Of a stretch of DNA of 64,000 nt, positions 1 to 7,813 are shown piece after piece. Both the position numbers and the translations under genes were made by a program. The stretch is from IMG/VR virus record IMGVR_UViG_3300046615_000115, positions 1-64,000 of that record. The stretch is one strand, 5' to 3'. This DNA is from a virus (taxonomy: Duplodnaviria; Caudoviricetes). The stretch's first letter is position 1. Every line of letters begins with the position of its first letter. The notes under the pieces were generated by a model, which was not told the DNA's origin, did not search any database, and saw only the letters and a list, made by a program, of their open reading frames with translations.

Positions 1-591
1 ATCTATGAGGTGTCTTCCAGTCTATATAAATACTGGCTCTATTGCTGATGCGTTTAACAGTTCTTGACCCGGCTACTGCCTCAGCTTTTAAGATCCCAAA
101 ATATCTCACACGATTGTCTTGTGCACTAACCGTCAGCGTCCCTTCTAATCATTGGCCTAGGCAGCAACCATAGGACAAACCTATCATCAAACCCTGTAGT
201 TACTTCACTCTGAATATAGTTTATGATTATGTTCAATTGACTATTGAGTCAACTTATAGGACTAGACTATGACCTATCGATTATCCTGAGCTGTACCACA
301 GCCATACTTCACAGCTTTATGTCAAGACATTCTGTGCCAGCCATGTAGGGAATGCTTATTGGGCTAGTGTTTGGTGTGTCCCATATGTTGGGATGATGTA
401 AGGAGTGGCGAGGAATGTGTCCGTGCTTAACCCGATAGGCAGTCTTAGGTCACTAGAATAGGCTAGAAACTACACTGATCAGTGTAATAGAAGTAGTCAT
501 TTAGACTAGATGGGATGTAGCTTAGAGGGTATTTGTTAGTATCGACGGAAGAGATACTTGAGATGTGTTCTATTAATACTGTTGATAACAT

Positions 592-615
592 TAAGCCTCT
601 CAAGTGAGAGGCTTA
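592..615 (-). terminator. Hairpin downstream of leftmost early gene
   Basis: TAAGCCTCTC-AAGT-GAGAGGCTTA perfect 10-bp stem just past the stop at 637; weak U tract. Confidence 0.6.
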
Positions 616-636
616 TAATTCCCTGCTAGTTTACCT

Positions 637-867
637 TTAGTACATATTGTGTTTAGTCATAAATTTGCTGATATCGTCACCTTCTTCAGTTGCCAGAAAC
701 CATTTAGCAGCATCAAATGCGCAAGAGAAATTCTCTACACGTTCCCGCCCAACATAACCGATCCAGTTACCGTGGTTGTTCAACTTCAGGGATTTGAAGC
801 CTGTGATAGCTTCCATCTCACCTTTGTAGTTTTCAACTTGGATGGTCACTTTGGTGGTCGATTTCAT
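637..867 (-). CDS. Hypothetical early protein (76 aa)
   Basis: ORF downstream of promoter 914-941. Confidence 0.7.
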   Translation of the reverse strand: MKSTTKVTIQVENYKGEMEAITGFKSLKLNNHGNWIGYVGRERVENFSCAFDAAKWFLATEEGDDISKFMTKHNMY

Positions 868-913
868 TTTCGTATTCTCTTTGGTTGGTTAGAAGCACTG
901 CTTCAGTAGGTAT

Positions 914-941
914 AGAATACCACAATAGAGATTGAAGTAAA
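914..941 (-). promoter_or_regulatory. sigma70-type early promoter
   Basis: Minus strand TTTACT-16-TATTCT with TGn extended -10. Confidence 0.55.
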
Positions 942-1169
942 CACTTATTTGAGGATATTTTGAATAATGATTTCTATTAGTTCATAGGTGTACAATAGAT
1001 TTTATTAAATGGCCTCTACAAGGCTCTATAAGCCTCTCTGGGAAGGGGTAAGTTGTAGTCTTGATGCTGCTATGTCTTTCTTGTTAAAACAGCGTGCCAA
1101 TAATCATGCCAGAATTACATGTTATTAATGTTTATTTTACAACTATTTCTTATCTTTTGGTAACAGCTA

Positions 1170-1325
1170 TTAAAGGCTTTCAAACTTGATTGGCGTATAC
1201 AAACAGTAATCATCCCCATGAGCCAAGAAAGCCTCATACAAACTGGCTCTTGACGTATCTTCCCACAACACTAGAGAGCCATGAATAGTGTGTTTGATTA
1301 CTGGGGTTATGATAGAGGTTTTCAT
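1170..1325 (-). CDS. Hypothetical protein (51 aa, MKTSII...)
   Basis: GGAG RBS before ATG 1325; start moved from track 1364. Confidence 0.6.
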   Translation of the reverse strand: MKTSIITPVIKHTIHGSLVLWEDTSRASLYEAFLAHGDDYCLYTPIKFESL

Positions 1326-1329
1326 GTTC

Positions 1330-1569
1330 TTATTCTCCAAACAGTTCATTAAGAAGATCTTCATCAGTCAGGGTATTATCAGCCGTTGATTGATAAACAT
1401 CTATCCCTTTAGACTTGAGGAACTCAGCTTCTTGTGCTATCTCTTTCTCAATCTGTTTAATCCAAACAGAACGTAGTTCGATTTCAGATTGTTTGGTAGC
1501 CAGTGCAAGATAGCCTCTCTCATTGCTAAGGCGAGTCATCAGGGCTGTGTAGTGAGTGGTGTCGTACAT
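1330..1569 (-). CDS. Hypothetical early protein (79 aa)
   Basis: Helical ORF with acidic tail, directly after promoter 1605-1633. Confidence 0.75.
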   Translation of the reverse strand: MYDTTHYTALMTRLSNERGYLALATKQSEIELRSVWIKQIEKEIAQEAEFLKSKGIDVYQSTADNTLTDEDLLNELFGE

Positions 1570-1604
1570 GGCTTTTGTCTCTGTTTGCTTATCTGGTATG
1601 AAGA

Positions 1605-1641
1605 ATTATAGACAAAAAGAAAGGAGCAATCAAGCTCCTTT
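1605..1641 (-). promoter_or_regulatory. sigma70 promoter whose -35 is the loop of a terminator hairpin
   Basis: TTGATT-17-TATAAT; arms AAAGGAGC/GCTCCTTT (1620-1641) flank the -35 exactly, followed by a U tract. Confidence 0.75.
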
Positions 1642-1652
1642 TAAGATTATTT

Positions 1653-1778
1653 TCAATATTTATCACTCATTATAGCCTCTCCACTATCACTCCATATCCT
1701 GTGATAGACAGGCTCTGTCTTTACATTCGTGTTGTCTTTAGTAAGCGAATAGAGAAGAAAAGCTATTGACAAGATCAT
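1653..1778 (-). CDS. Small protein with hydrophobic N-terminus (41 aa)
   Basis: Manually translated MILSIAFLLYSLTKD...; below track cutoff. Confidence 0.5.
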   Translation of the reverse strand: MILSIAFLLYSLTKDNTNVKTEPVYHRIWSDSGEAIMSDKY

Positions 1779-1779
1779 T

Positions 1780-2013
1780 TTATTTACTCTCCTTTACACA
1801 ATTAATTTCCCAACTCTTAGCCTTCCCATTCATGTGCTCAGCCTTGAAGCTTTCCATGTATTCTTGATAAGCTTTCTCTACAGGCAATGACATAAGAAAG
1901 TTACGTTCTTCTTGCATATGTTCAATACAGTCAGAGCGTGTCAGATTGTGATCAACAATGTACTCTTCACAAGTGATAGCTGAACAGAAGGCAATGGAAA
2001 GAAGCATGCTCAT
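1780..2013 (-). CDS. YebW/DUF1482-like small Cys-patterned exported protein
   Basis: Hydrophobic N-terminus, C-x4-C, LTRSDC, C-terminal C. Confidence 0.55.
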   Translation of the reverse strand: MSMLLSIAFCSAITCEEYIVDHNLTRSDCIEHMQEERNFLMSLPVEKAYQEYMESFKAEHMNGKAKSWEINCVKESK

Positions 2014-2036
2014 GATCTTTATTCCTGTGTTTGTTT

Positions 2037-2083
2037 AGTATGTGCTAAGTTTACACACAAAACAATGCCCGCACAAGGCGGGC
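2037..2083 (-). terminator. Terminator whose U tract doubles as -35 of next promoter
   Basis: GCCCGC-5-GCGGGC (2067-2083), then TTGTTT-17-CATACT (2065-2037). Confidence 0.6.
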
Positions 2084-2110
2084 TATTAAATAATTCACTA
2101 AAAGATTCTA

Positions 2111-2371
2111 TCAACAAATGTTCACTGATTCATAAATTGTATTGCTACCATAAGCTGTCAAAGTGTAATCCTCTACAAGATCCCAACTCTGCATAGCTTT
2201 ATTCCAGTGATGTAATTTCCCACCCTTCCTACTATAACGATAATCTGTCAACGTCTCTTGCCCATGTAGCTTCAGATAAGCTGTTGTGTTATCAACGTAT
2301 GTCACTTCTAGGATGTGACGATTGAAGATGGATTGTTCTAGGAGGTATTTGGAACCTTCGGTGAAGTTCAT
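2111..2371 (-). CDS. Hypothetical protein
   Basis: Tightly packed ORF in early operon. Confidence 0.7.
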   Translation of the reverse strand: MNFTEGSKYLLEQSIFNRHILEVTYVDNTTAYLKLHGQETLTDYRYSRKGGKLHHWNKAMQSWDLVEDYTLTAYGSNTIYESVNIC

Positions 2372-2373
2372 GA

Positions 2374-2574
2374 TTAGATATCCATTTTAACACAAGTGAA
2401 AACAGCTTTGGTCTTATGATAATTTCCATCTGAGGGAATTACAATCTTGTTGCCTGCATTGATACAAGCTTGCTCAGTAGAGAAACCACTGACAGAATGT
2501 GTACTCACATTACCTCCCGACTGAGGGTGAAATGTAGGGATCAAGGCTGTTACAATAACCAGTGTGTATAGCAT
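2374..2574 (-). CDS. Small exported two-Cys protein
   Basis: Signal-like N-terminus, FSTEQAC motif and C-terminal C. Confidence 0.6.
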   Translation of the reverse strand: MLYTLVIVTALIPTFHPQSGGNVSTHSVSGFSTEQACINAGNKIVIPSDGNYHKTKAVFTCVKMDI

Positions 2575-2575
2575 C

Positions 2576-2776
2576 TCAATTCATCTCCCAATCCATTCGT
2601 TTAGCATTACGCTGTGTTTTATAATCATTCTTCACCCTACTATCCTTATCCTTTGCCTTGTCATATGTCTCTTTAGAAGTGTCCTTGGGCACCCCTTTAG
2701 ACACATGTTTACGCTTACTTGTGTATTTTTGTTTATATTCGTATTGTTGAAAAGAGTCTGCATAGATGTTATTCAT
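2576..2776 (-). CDS. Basic hypothetical protein
   Basis: Lys-rich ORF coupled to neighbours. Confidence 0.65.
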   Translation of the reverse strand: MNNIYADSFQQYEYKQKYTSKRKHVSKGVPKDTSKETYDKAKDKDSRVKNDYKTQRNAKRMDWEMN

Positions 2777-2967
2777 TTGGCTTGTTCCTCAGTCCCTTGA
2801 GCGTAAACTTTAGAAAGCCCTTCAGAGCTAACTTTTGGTACGTAGTAGCTGACGTCGCCTTCGACATCCAGACGACTTGACATAGATGCAAAATGAACAC
2901 CTTCTGACTCGCATTCTTTAAGAACCTTCATCAGTTTACGTAGAACTACAGCTTGTGTGTGGTTCAT
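2773..2967 (-). CDS. Hypothetical protein
   Basis: ATGA-coupled ORF. Confidence 0.65.
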   Translation of the reverse strand: MNHTQAVVLRKLMKVLKECESEGVHFASMSSRLDVEGDVSYYVPKVSSEGLSKVYAQGTEEQAK

Positions 2968-2969
2968 GA

Positions 2970-3599
2970 TTAGACTTCCTGTAAAGTTTTAATGTATCGT
3001 TTAGTTGCTGAAGAGAATCTTACCAAACCACGTACAAGCTTGCAACCCCTCTGAAGAATCTTTTTAAAAGAATTTTTATCACTCAACCCATCAACCACTT
3101 CTGCGAAGAATCCTACCCCTACAGGTGACGAATAGCTTTCCCTGTGTCTGTTGTTGTCTGAGGGATTGGAGGAGCTAGCGTAGTGGATTTCTTCCTCATC
3201 TTCTTCATTTTCTGGACGAATTGGCTTAGTGGCTAGAGCCTTTTCCAATAGGACTTGGGCGCGATCCCTCTTAACAATCAAAATGTCACGCAATTGAGAG
3301 TAAGTACGAATGTCTAGGCCAGCTTTCTTTTCAGCTTCTAGTTCGTAGAGTTGTTCTGTTAACACACGTACACGGCGTTGTTGAGGAAGTACTCTGTCAA
3401 CTAGTGGAACAGAAGTTTTCTTTTTCTTCAGCGCTTCGATAGCTGAATCAGAGAAGGCTTCAACACGAGCACGACCATTCTTGTCAAAGGTTGCTAGGTC
3501 AACAGAACGATCACCACGATACTGGTCATTACCGCCAGACCATAGGCCATGTTCTTCACAGCTATTTAAGAAACTGGGTTGGATGTAAAGTCTTGTCAT
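2970..3599 (-). CDS. Hypothetical protein (209 aa, MTRLYIQ...)
   Basis: AGGAG RBS before ATG 3599, downstream of promoter 3639-3667. Confidence 0.75.
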   Translation of the reverse strand: MTRLYIQPSFLNSCEEHGLWSGGNDQYRGDRSVDLATFDKNGRARVEAFSDSAIEALKKKKTSVPLVDRVLPQQRRVRVLTEQLYELEAEKKAGLDIRTYSQLRDILIVKRDRAQVLLEKALATKPIRPENEEDEEEIHYASSSNPSDNNRHRESYSSPVGVGFFAEVVDGLSDKNSFKKILQRGCKLVRGLVRFSSATKRYIKTLQEV

Positions 3600-3638
3600 G
3601 ATAAAAGCTCCTAACCTAAAACACCTTTCGATGTAGAG

Positions 3639-3667
3639 ATTATGGAGCTTTGGGGTGTAGCTGTCAA
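3639..3667 (-). promoter_or_regulatory. sigma70 promoter
   Basis: TTGACA-17-CATAAT. Confidence 0.75.
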
Positions 3668-3675
3668 GATTTATT

Positions 3676-4311
3676 TCACAACATAAACAAACTGCGTTTA
3701 CTAAGGATTTCACCAGAAGGTAAGATACCTGTTGGATTCTCTGTGTAACCTTCAAACCAAGGCCCGTTATTGGGCATTGACAAACGAACAAACTGACGTT
3801 TTGTATCTTCTTCAACAGGAAGACTTTCATGCACACAAGCTCCATCTACCCAATATACCTCATTGGCTTCAAATAGCGTGCCTGAGTTCGGAAGTTCCAA
3901 GTGCTCGCATTCTCCTTCTGGGCCGGGTTCACCATCAAACATGCCAAGATAAGCTTTACAATGACTTGTGCTACTAACAGTTAACATGCCGTTACCAACT
4001 GAACCCCAACCACCTCCACCACCCCAAGCTCCACATTTACCATGATAATAACCATCTACATGCAAGCCGCTACGACGTAGAGAATTACCCTTGATAACTT
4101 CACGTTCATCGATTGTTAGGTAGCCAATCTTACCTAGGTGACGACTCTCTGTCATTGAATAGAGGTAATCGACAAACATTTGATAATGCTTTGGAACACC
4201 TTTTACACTGCCCAATTGAACAGGCATCATCATAATTCTTGTACCACTGAACTCGGGAAACTTCATTTTAGTATGATTCCAAAGCTTACGGAATGTAGAT
4301 TCAAACATCAC
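3676..4311 (-). CDS. 2OG-Fe(II) dioxygenase-superfamily protein
   Basis: H84-x-D86 (GLHVDG), H161 (CVHES), R172/R176 (KRQFVRL). Confidence 0.7.
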   Translation of the reverse strand: MMFESTFRKLWNHTKMKFPEFSGTRIMMMPVQLGSVKGVPKHYQMFVDYLYSMTESRHLGKIGYLTIDEREVIKGNSLRRSGLHVDGYYHGKCGAWGGGGGWGSVGNGMLTVSSTSHCKAYLGMFDGEPGPEGECEHLELPNSGTLFEANEVYWVDGACVHESLPVEEDTKRQFVRLSMPNNGPWFEGYTENPTGILPSGEILSKRSLFML

Positions 4312-4481
4312 TTCTCCTCCTCCTTCTTAGGTCCACAAATAATACTTGCAGGCTTGACACCTGAGCTCTTAATAGTTAGTTCCACACTCTCATAACACAG
4401 CTCTTTCGTAGGATAGTCCACATAAATAATCCTATCGCACAAGCCCCACGTCAATGTGGTGCATACCATCATTGTCCACAT
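4308..4481 (-). CDS. YebW/DUF1482-like small protein (57 aa)
   Basis: Manual translation MWTMMVCTTLTWGLCDRIIYVDYPTKELC...IIC; GGAG RBS. Confidence 0.6.
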   Translation of the reverse strand: MWTMMVCTTLTWGLCDRIIYVDYPTKELCYESVELTIKSSGVKPASIICGPKKEEEK

Positions 4482-4654
4482 TATTTCTTCTCCTTAACTA
4501 GTTGACGTAACAGTTCAAGCTCTTCCTCACGTCGCTTATCTTCTTTCCTCTTGCGTGAGTTACCTGCTGAGATTGCACATAGAATCCAGACAATAAGCCA
4601 CGGGAAGAAAATGATAGTGATTATTAGGTGAATGAAATGGCTGAAGGTGCTCAT
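4481..4654 (-). CDS. Single-TM membrane protein (57 aa)
   Basis: Manual translation HFIHLIITIIFFPWLIVWILCAISA plus charged tail; TAATG coupling. Confidence 0.7.
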   Translation of the reverse strand: MSTFSHFIHLIITIIFFPWLIVWILCAISAGNSRKRKEDKRREEELELLRQLVKEKK

Positions 4655-4656
4655 AG

Positions 4657-4896
4657 CTATGCATCCCGGTCTGTGTCAGAAGGTGCTTTAGGCATCTGCA
4701 TCCAATAGGGGTACTCTTCAGCAGCGACTTCATCAAACAATCTGTTGTCTAAGAGTTTCAGACTCAACCAGTGTACAGCAACCCAACGACCATTATGGAA
4801 GGCTAAAACGTGCCCATCCCATTGAGTGTCAGCTTCTGTTGGCCGAACTTTGGCAGTTTCAAAGTAGAACATCTGTTGATGCATTTTCATGATCAT
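4657..4896 (-). CDS. Hypothetical, DUF551-like C-terminus
   Basis: YWMQMPKAP ending. Confidence 0.6.
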   Translation of the reverse strand: MIMKMHQQMFYFETAKVRPTEADTQWDGHVLAFHNGRWVAVHWLSLKLLDNRLFDEVAAEEYPYWMQMPKAPSDTDRDA

Positions 4897-5066
4897 TCAT
4901 CCAAGATAGCAATAATAACGAATTCAATGTTAGGGTTGTTCTGACGTTTGTTCTCAAGGAATAGTCTGCAAGACTCAAGCTCCATAGACACTGATAACTG
5001 TTGGTAGTCGTCTAAGCTGTAGCTAAATTGAGCAATATAGAGCTTTGACACACGTAAATTATCCAT
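4893..5066 (-). CDS. Hypothetical protein (57 aa)
   Basis: Manual translation MDNLRVSK...; TGATG coupling. Confidence 0.6.
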   Translation of the reverse strand: MDNLRVSKLYIAQFSYSLDDYQQLSVSMELESCRLFLENKRQNNPNIEFVIIAILDE

Positions 5067-5263
5067 CACACATCCTCCAACTCATACTTAAAGTAATTAG
5101 CCCACTTATGTGGCCCACAACACATAAACTTATGCAGACAGTTGTCAGTGAAACGTTCGATATTTCCGTTAGACTTTAGGCTAAACTGATAGCTCTCACC
5201 AGCTTTGAAAGCTATAGAGCCGTCTGTCATAATGACATCAGCAAAGCATTTGAGAGTGATCAT
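5066..5263 (-). CDS. Hypothetical protein (MITLKC...)
   Basis: GGAGG RBS before ATG 5263. Confidence 0.65.
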   Translation of the reverse strand: MITLKCFADVIMTDGSIAFKAGESYQFSLKSNGNIERFTDNCLHKFMCCGPHKWANYFKYELEDV

Positions 5264-5264
5264 T

Positions 5265-5435
5265 TCAGTTAACCTCCACACGACGTTTACCATACTTGTA
5301 TCCGCCATAAGCATTATCCCGACGATCTACAGAACGGATAGCTGCTTTGAACGACATTGGCTTGCTTACTACTGCGCCAGATTGGCGGTCGATTACTACA
5401 TAGAGGTCTTTGATAGCGTCGGTTGAAGTGGTCAT
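5265..5435 (-). CDS. Hypothetical protein (MTTSTD...)
   Basis: AAGGAG RBS before ATG 5435. Confidence 0.65.
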   Translation of the reverse strand: MTTSTDAIKDLYVVIDRQSGAVVSKPMSFKAAIRSVDRRDNAYGGYKYGKRRVEVN

Positions 5436-5476
5436 TTCGTTCTCCTTAGGAAGCCCCTTGCTTCCTTCTTGTAGTA

Positions 5477-5504
5477 ATCTTAGCACACTGAGCAGACACG
5501 TCAA
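5477..5504 (-). promoter_or_regulatory. sigma70 promoter
   Basis: TTGACG-16-TAAGAT with TGn extension. Confidence 0.65.
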
Positions 5505-5534
5505 CAAGAATTTTCAAATTATTTTCACACAGAC

Positions 5535-5560
5535 ACAAGAAAGCCCGCACGAAGGCGGGC
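5535..5560 (-). terminator. Intrinsic terminator
   Basis: GCCCGC-CTTCGT-GCGGGC plus TTTCTT; same stem as 2067-2083. Confidence 0.75.
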
Positions 5561-5564
5561 GATG

Positions 5565-5918
5565 TCATTCCTGTGGAGCTAGGATTTTCTTACAAGAATC
5601 ACCTATGATTATCAGCTTGCTTCGGCACTCAACAGAGCTGTGACTAACCACATCTGTCAACTCAACTATCCCCTCAACCACTTCAACAAAGGCTTCCAAT
5701 CGTTGTTTCAATAAAGCTATCTCTTTGTCTTGCAATTGGAAAAGCTCATCCATCAACTGAATACGTTCCTGTGTATCGTCTGTACTTGGGAGAGTTTCGT
5801 CCTGCACAACCTCTGAAGAGAGCTTTGTTATCTGGTAATCCTCAGAATCAGCCCAGTCAGGGACAGCATCCATCATGTACTCACGACCATCTCTTACAAT
5901 CAAGTATTTGATAATCAT
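5565..5918 (-). CDS. Hypothetical coiled-coil protein
   Basis: 117-aa ORF ending at terminator. Confidence 0.7.
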   Translation of the reverse strand: MIIKYLIVRDGREYMMDAVPDWADSEDYQITKLSSEVVQDETLPSTDDTQERIQLMDELFQLQDKEIALLKQRLEAFVEVVEGIVELTDVVSHSSVECRSKLIIIGDSCKKILAPQE

Positions 5919-5921
5919 GAT

Positions 5922-6128
5922 CTAGTTCTCCCGACGAATTGTCTTAAATGCATCGCTGAGGTAGCGTTTGGTTCTGCGTTTCCCATCTTTGAGACGGAAT
6001 ACTGAATAACCTTTGTTACTATCAAGCTTTGTAATCGTGCCGAGGAACATACCTGAGTCATTGAAGACTCTACGCACCTTGCTGCCGGTTACAGGACTAA
6101 AGCTACTTTTGATCTGTGTGGTTGTCAT
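5922..6128 (-). CDS. Basic hypothetical protein (MTTTQI...)
   Basis: AAGGTG RBS before ATG 6128. Confidence 0.65.
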   Translation of the reverse strand: MTTTQIKSSFSPVTGSKVRRVFNDSGMFLGTITKLDSNKGYSVFRLKDGKRRTKRYLSDAFKTIRREN

Positions 6129-6249
6129 TTCATTCACCTTAAAGATTAGGTAATCAGCACAAAGAACCATTTCCTTGCGCCGTGACTCCTTGGTCTGTCA
6201 GATGGCTAATTCTTGTCCGCCAACTCTTGAATCTCCTTGTATGATTCAA

Positions 6250-6278
6250 AGGATAGCGAATGTCTTACACGAATGCAA
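6250..6278 (-). promoter_or_regulatory. sigma70 promoter with hairpin over -35
   Basis: TTGCAT-17-TATCCT; CTTGCA-TTCG-TGTAAG stem-loop. Confidence 0.6.
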
Positions 6279-6298
6279 GCAATTTTTGAGTTTATTTT

Positions 6299-6547
6299 TC
6301 AGTTATAAATAAGTCCTTGAATACAAAGGTATTCTTCGATTTTTGCCAGCTCAAGATAGTAAGCGTGCTCGCCAGCGTCATATTCAGGAGCTTCATCATC
6401 TGGGAACCATAACCAGCTTTGAAAATGAGCAAGCAACGTATCCAAACTCAGATTCAATAGGTTACGGCAATCTATCAATGCTTGGTTGTAAATCAGTGGA
6501 TCATTCAAGGATTCCAGTGCGGCTTTGACTTCTGTGGTCATTTTCAA
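6299..6547 (-). CDS. Hypothetical protein
   Basis: AGGAG RBS; ORF. Confidence 0.7.
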   Translation of the reverse strand: MKMTTEVKAALESLNDPLIYNQALIDCRNLLNLSLDTLLAHFQSWLWFPDDEAPEYDAGEHAYYLELAKIEEYLCIQGLIYN

Positions 6548-6584
6548 GCTCCTACGGTTTGTGTAAGGTTGGTGTTACAGGTTT

Positions 6585-6612
6585 AGTTTACATCTGTTGG
6601 ATCCTAAAGCAA
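6585..6612 (-). promoter_or_regulatory. Possible sigma70 promoter
   Basis: TTGCTT-16-TAAACT. Confidence 0.45.
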
Positions 6613-6631
6613 CATATTTTTCACAAAATTT

Positions 6632-6895
6632 TCAGAAGAAAGAGGAATCTCTCCATTGAAGATATTTATTGATTCCCTTAACGAGCAAGCTTTTCTCTTT
6701 GTAGAATTTCACAGCTTTAGGAATGATTACTCTCTGCGTATGACTCTGCCCTGAAGCAATCTCATAAACTGTTGCTGCTGTGTGAAAGAGAGCTTGTTGA
6801 ATACTGTTCATTTTACCTTCTGAATTGCTTAAGAGTGTGGTTAGGAAACGTTCTAAATCTTGTTCTAGTTGAGAGGGAGCGTGTTGGGGTTTCAT
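6632..6895 (-). CDS. Hypothetical protein
   Basis: ORF in operon. Confidence 0.6.
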   Translation of the reverse strand: MKPQHAPSQLEQDLERFLTTLLSNSEGKMNSIQQALFHTAATVYEIASGQSHTQRVIIPKAVKFYKEKSLLVKGINKYLQWRDSSFF

Positions 6896-7027
6896 TTAGT
6901 AGCAACCCTTACAAGTTGGGCATTGCCAATATATCAATCCCGGTTTCTCAACCTTAATCAGTTTTGGATAAACTTTTACATCACCAACCCATTCACCACA
7001 ACATTTGACTTGTGAGATTGGAATCAT
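6896..7027 (-). CDS. Small Zn-finger-like protein (43 aa)
   Basis: Manual translation ...KCCG...YP...WQCPTCKGCY. Confidence 0.55.
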   Translation of the reverse strand: MIPISQVKCCGEWVGDVKVYPKLIKVEKPGLIYWQCPTCKGCY

Positions 7028-7058
7028 TATAACATCATCACCATCACAATCTTCGTAG

Positions 7059-7241
7059 TCAATCATTACTACCTACTCCATAAACTTCTCTGATATGGTC
7101 CGGAAAACGATTTTCAAAGGATTGTAGAAGCCTGTAAAGTGTTTTATATTCTACCTGAAGCCTTTCGTAATCTTCGTAAGAGACAAACTCTCCATCAGCA
7201 TCTTGTACCATAAAAGCTTGCTCATGCCTAAATCTTTTCAT
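7059..7241 (-). CDS. Hypothetical protein
   Basis: AGGA RBS; ORF. Confidence 0.65.
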   Translation of the reverse strand: MKRFRHEQAFMVQDADGEFVSYEDYERLQVEYKTLYRLLQSFENRFPDHIREVYGVGSND

Positions 7242-7251
7242 AGTGCTCTTC

Positions 7252-7500
7252 CTAAAACATCCCGGTAATCTGATGCCATTTGTCTTCTACGAACTTGACA
7301 CCTTTTTGATAATCTTTTTCACACCTTGTTATTTCTACGATATGTTGGCTCCATGACTCTATCCACTGGACAAGTGCCGCCTCAGTTTCCCAATCGCAAG
7401 AGTAAATTCCATCTTTAAGTGCATCGGCAAAATCTTCGCTCTCAGTCGATTCACTCAAAGCATTCTGTAGCTGTGTTTTTAATAGGTCGAGAGGGTTCAT
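7252..7500 (-). CDS. Hypothetical protein
   Basis: Abutting ORF. Confidence 0.7.
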   Translation of the reverse strand: MNPLDLLKTQLQNALSESTESEDFADALKDGIYSCDWETEAALVQWIESWSQHIVEITRCEKDYQKGVKFVEDKWHQITGMF

Positions 7501-7812
7501 TTAAATTCTTTCCTGTATCTTTGTAGATAGATTAGTCATCAACTCTTGATAGGACATTGAGCTTGGGTTGTGTTTCTTGCGCAAACAACTTTCTAAGAAA
7601 CAAATCTCTCTTCCGTTTTCGTCCCCCAGAGGGATATCAAAGCAATAGGTATACCTATCAACAAGATTTACCCTGAGAAGGGTTCCTGTCAACCGACATG
7701 CAAAGATTTCCTCAGGGTTGGAATAGACCCTAGAAACTGTGTACTCACCGTTATAATGTGGAAAACGTCCAGATTGCAGAATTACAATTTCACCTTCTGA
7801 AAATTTATTCAT
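7501..7812 (-). CDS. Conserved-type phage hypothetical protein
   Basis: KFxxGExVILQS N-terminus and LRKKH...ELM C-terminus. Confidence 0.7.
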   Translation of the reverse strand: MNKFSEGEIVILQSGRFPHYNGEYTVSRVYSNPEEIFACRLTGTLLRVNLVDRYTYCFDIPLGDENGREICFLESCLRKKHNPSSMSYQELMTNLSTKIQERI

Positions 7813-7813
7813 T

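Noticed and set aside
25-32. T4 late promoter TATAAATA
   Set aside because: Not found consistently before late genes; no phage sigma factor seen
1011-1040. Three imperfect 10-mers (GGCCTCTACA/AGGCTCTATA/AGCCTCTCTG)
   Set aside because: Too short and degenerate, no spacers; not CRISPR-like
1092-1112. sigma54-like TGGCA repeats
   Set aside because: No correctly spaced -12 TTGC
3600-3845. 82-aa N-terminal extension of ORF 2970-3845
   Set aside because: Overlaps the dioxygenase gene and a promoter; good RBS at 3599
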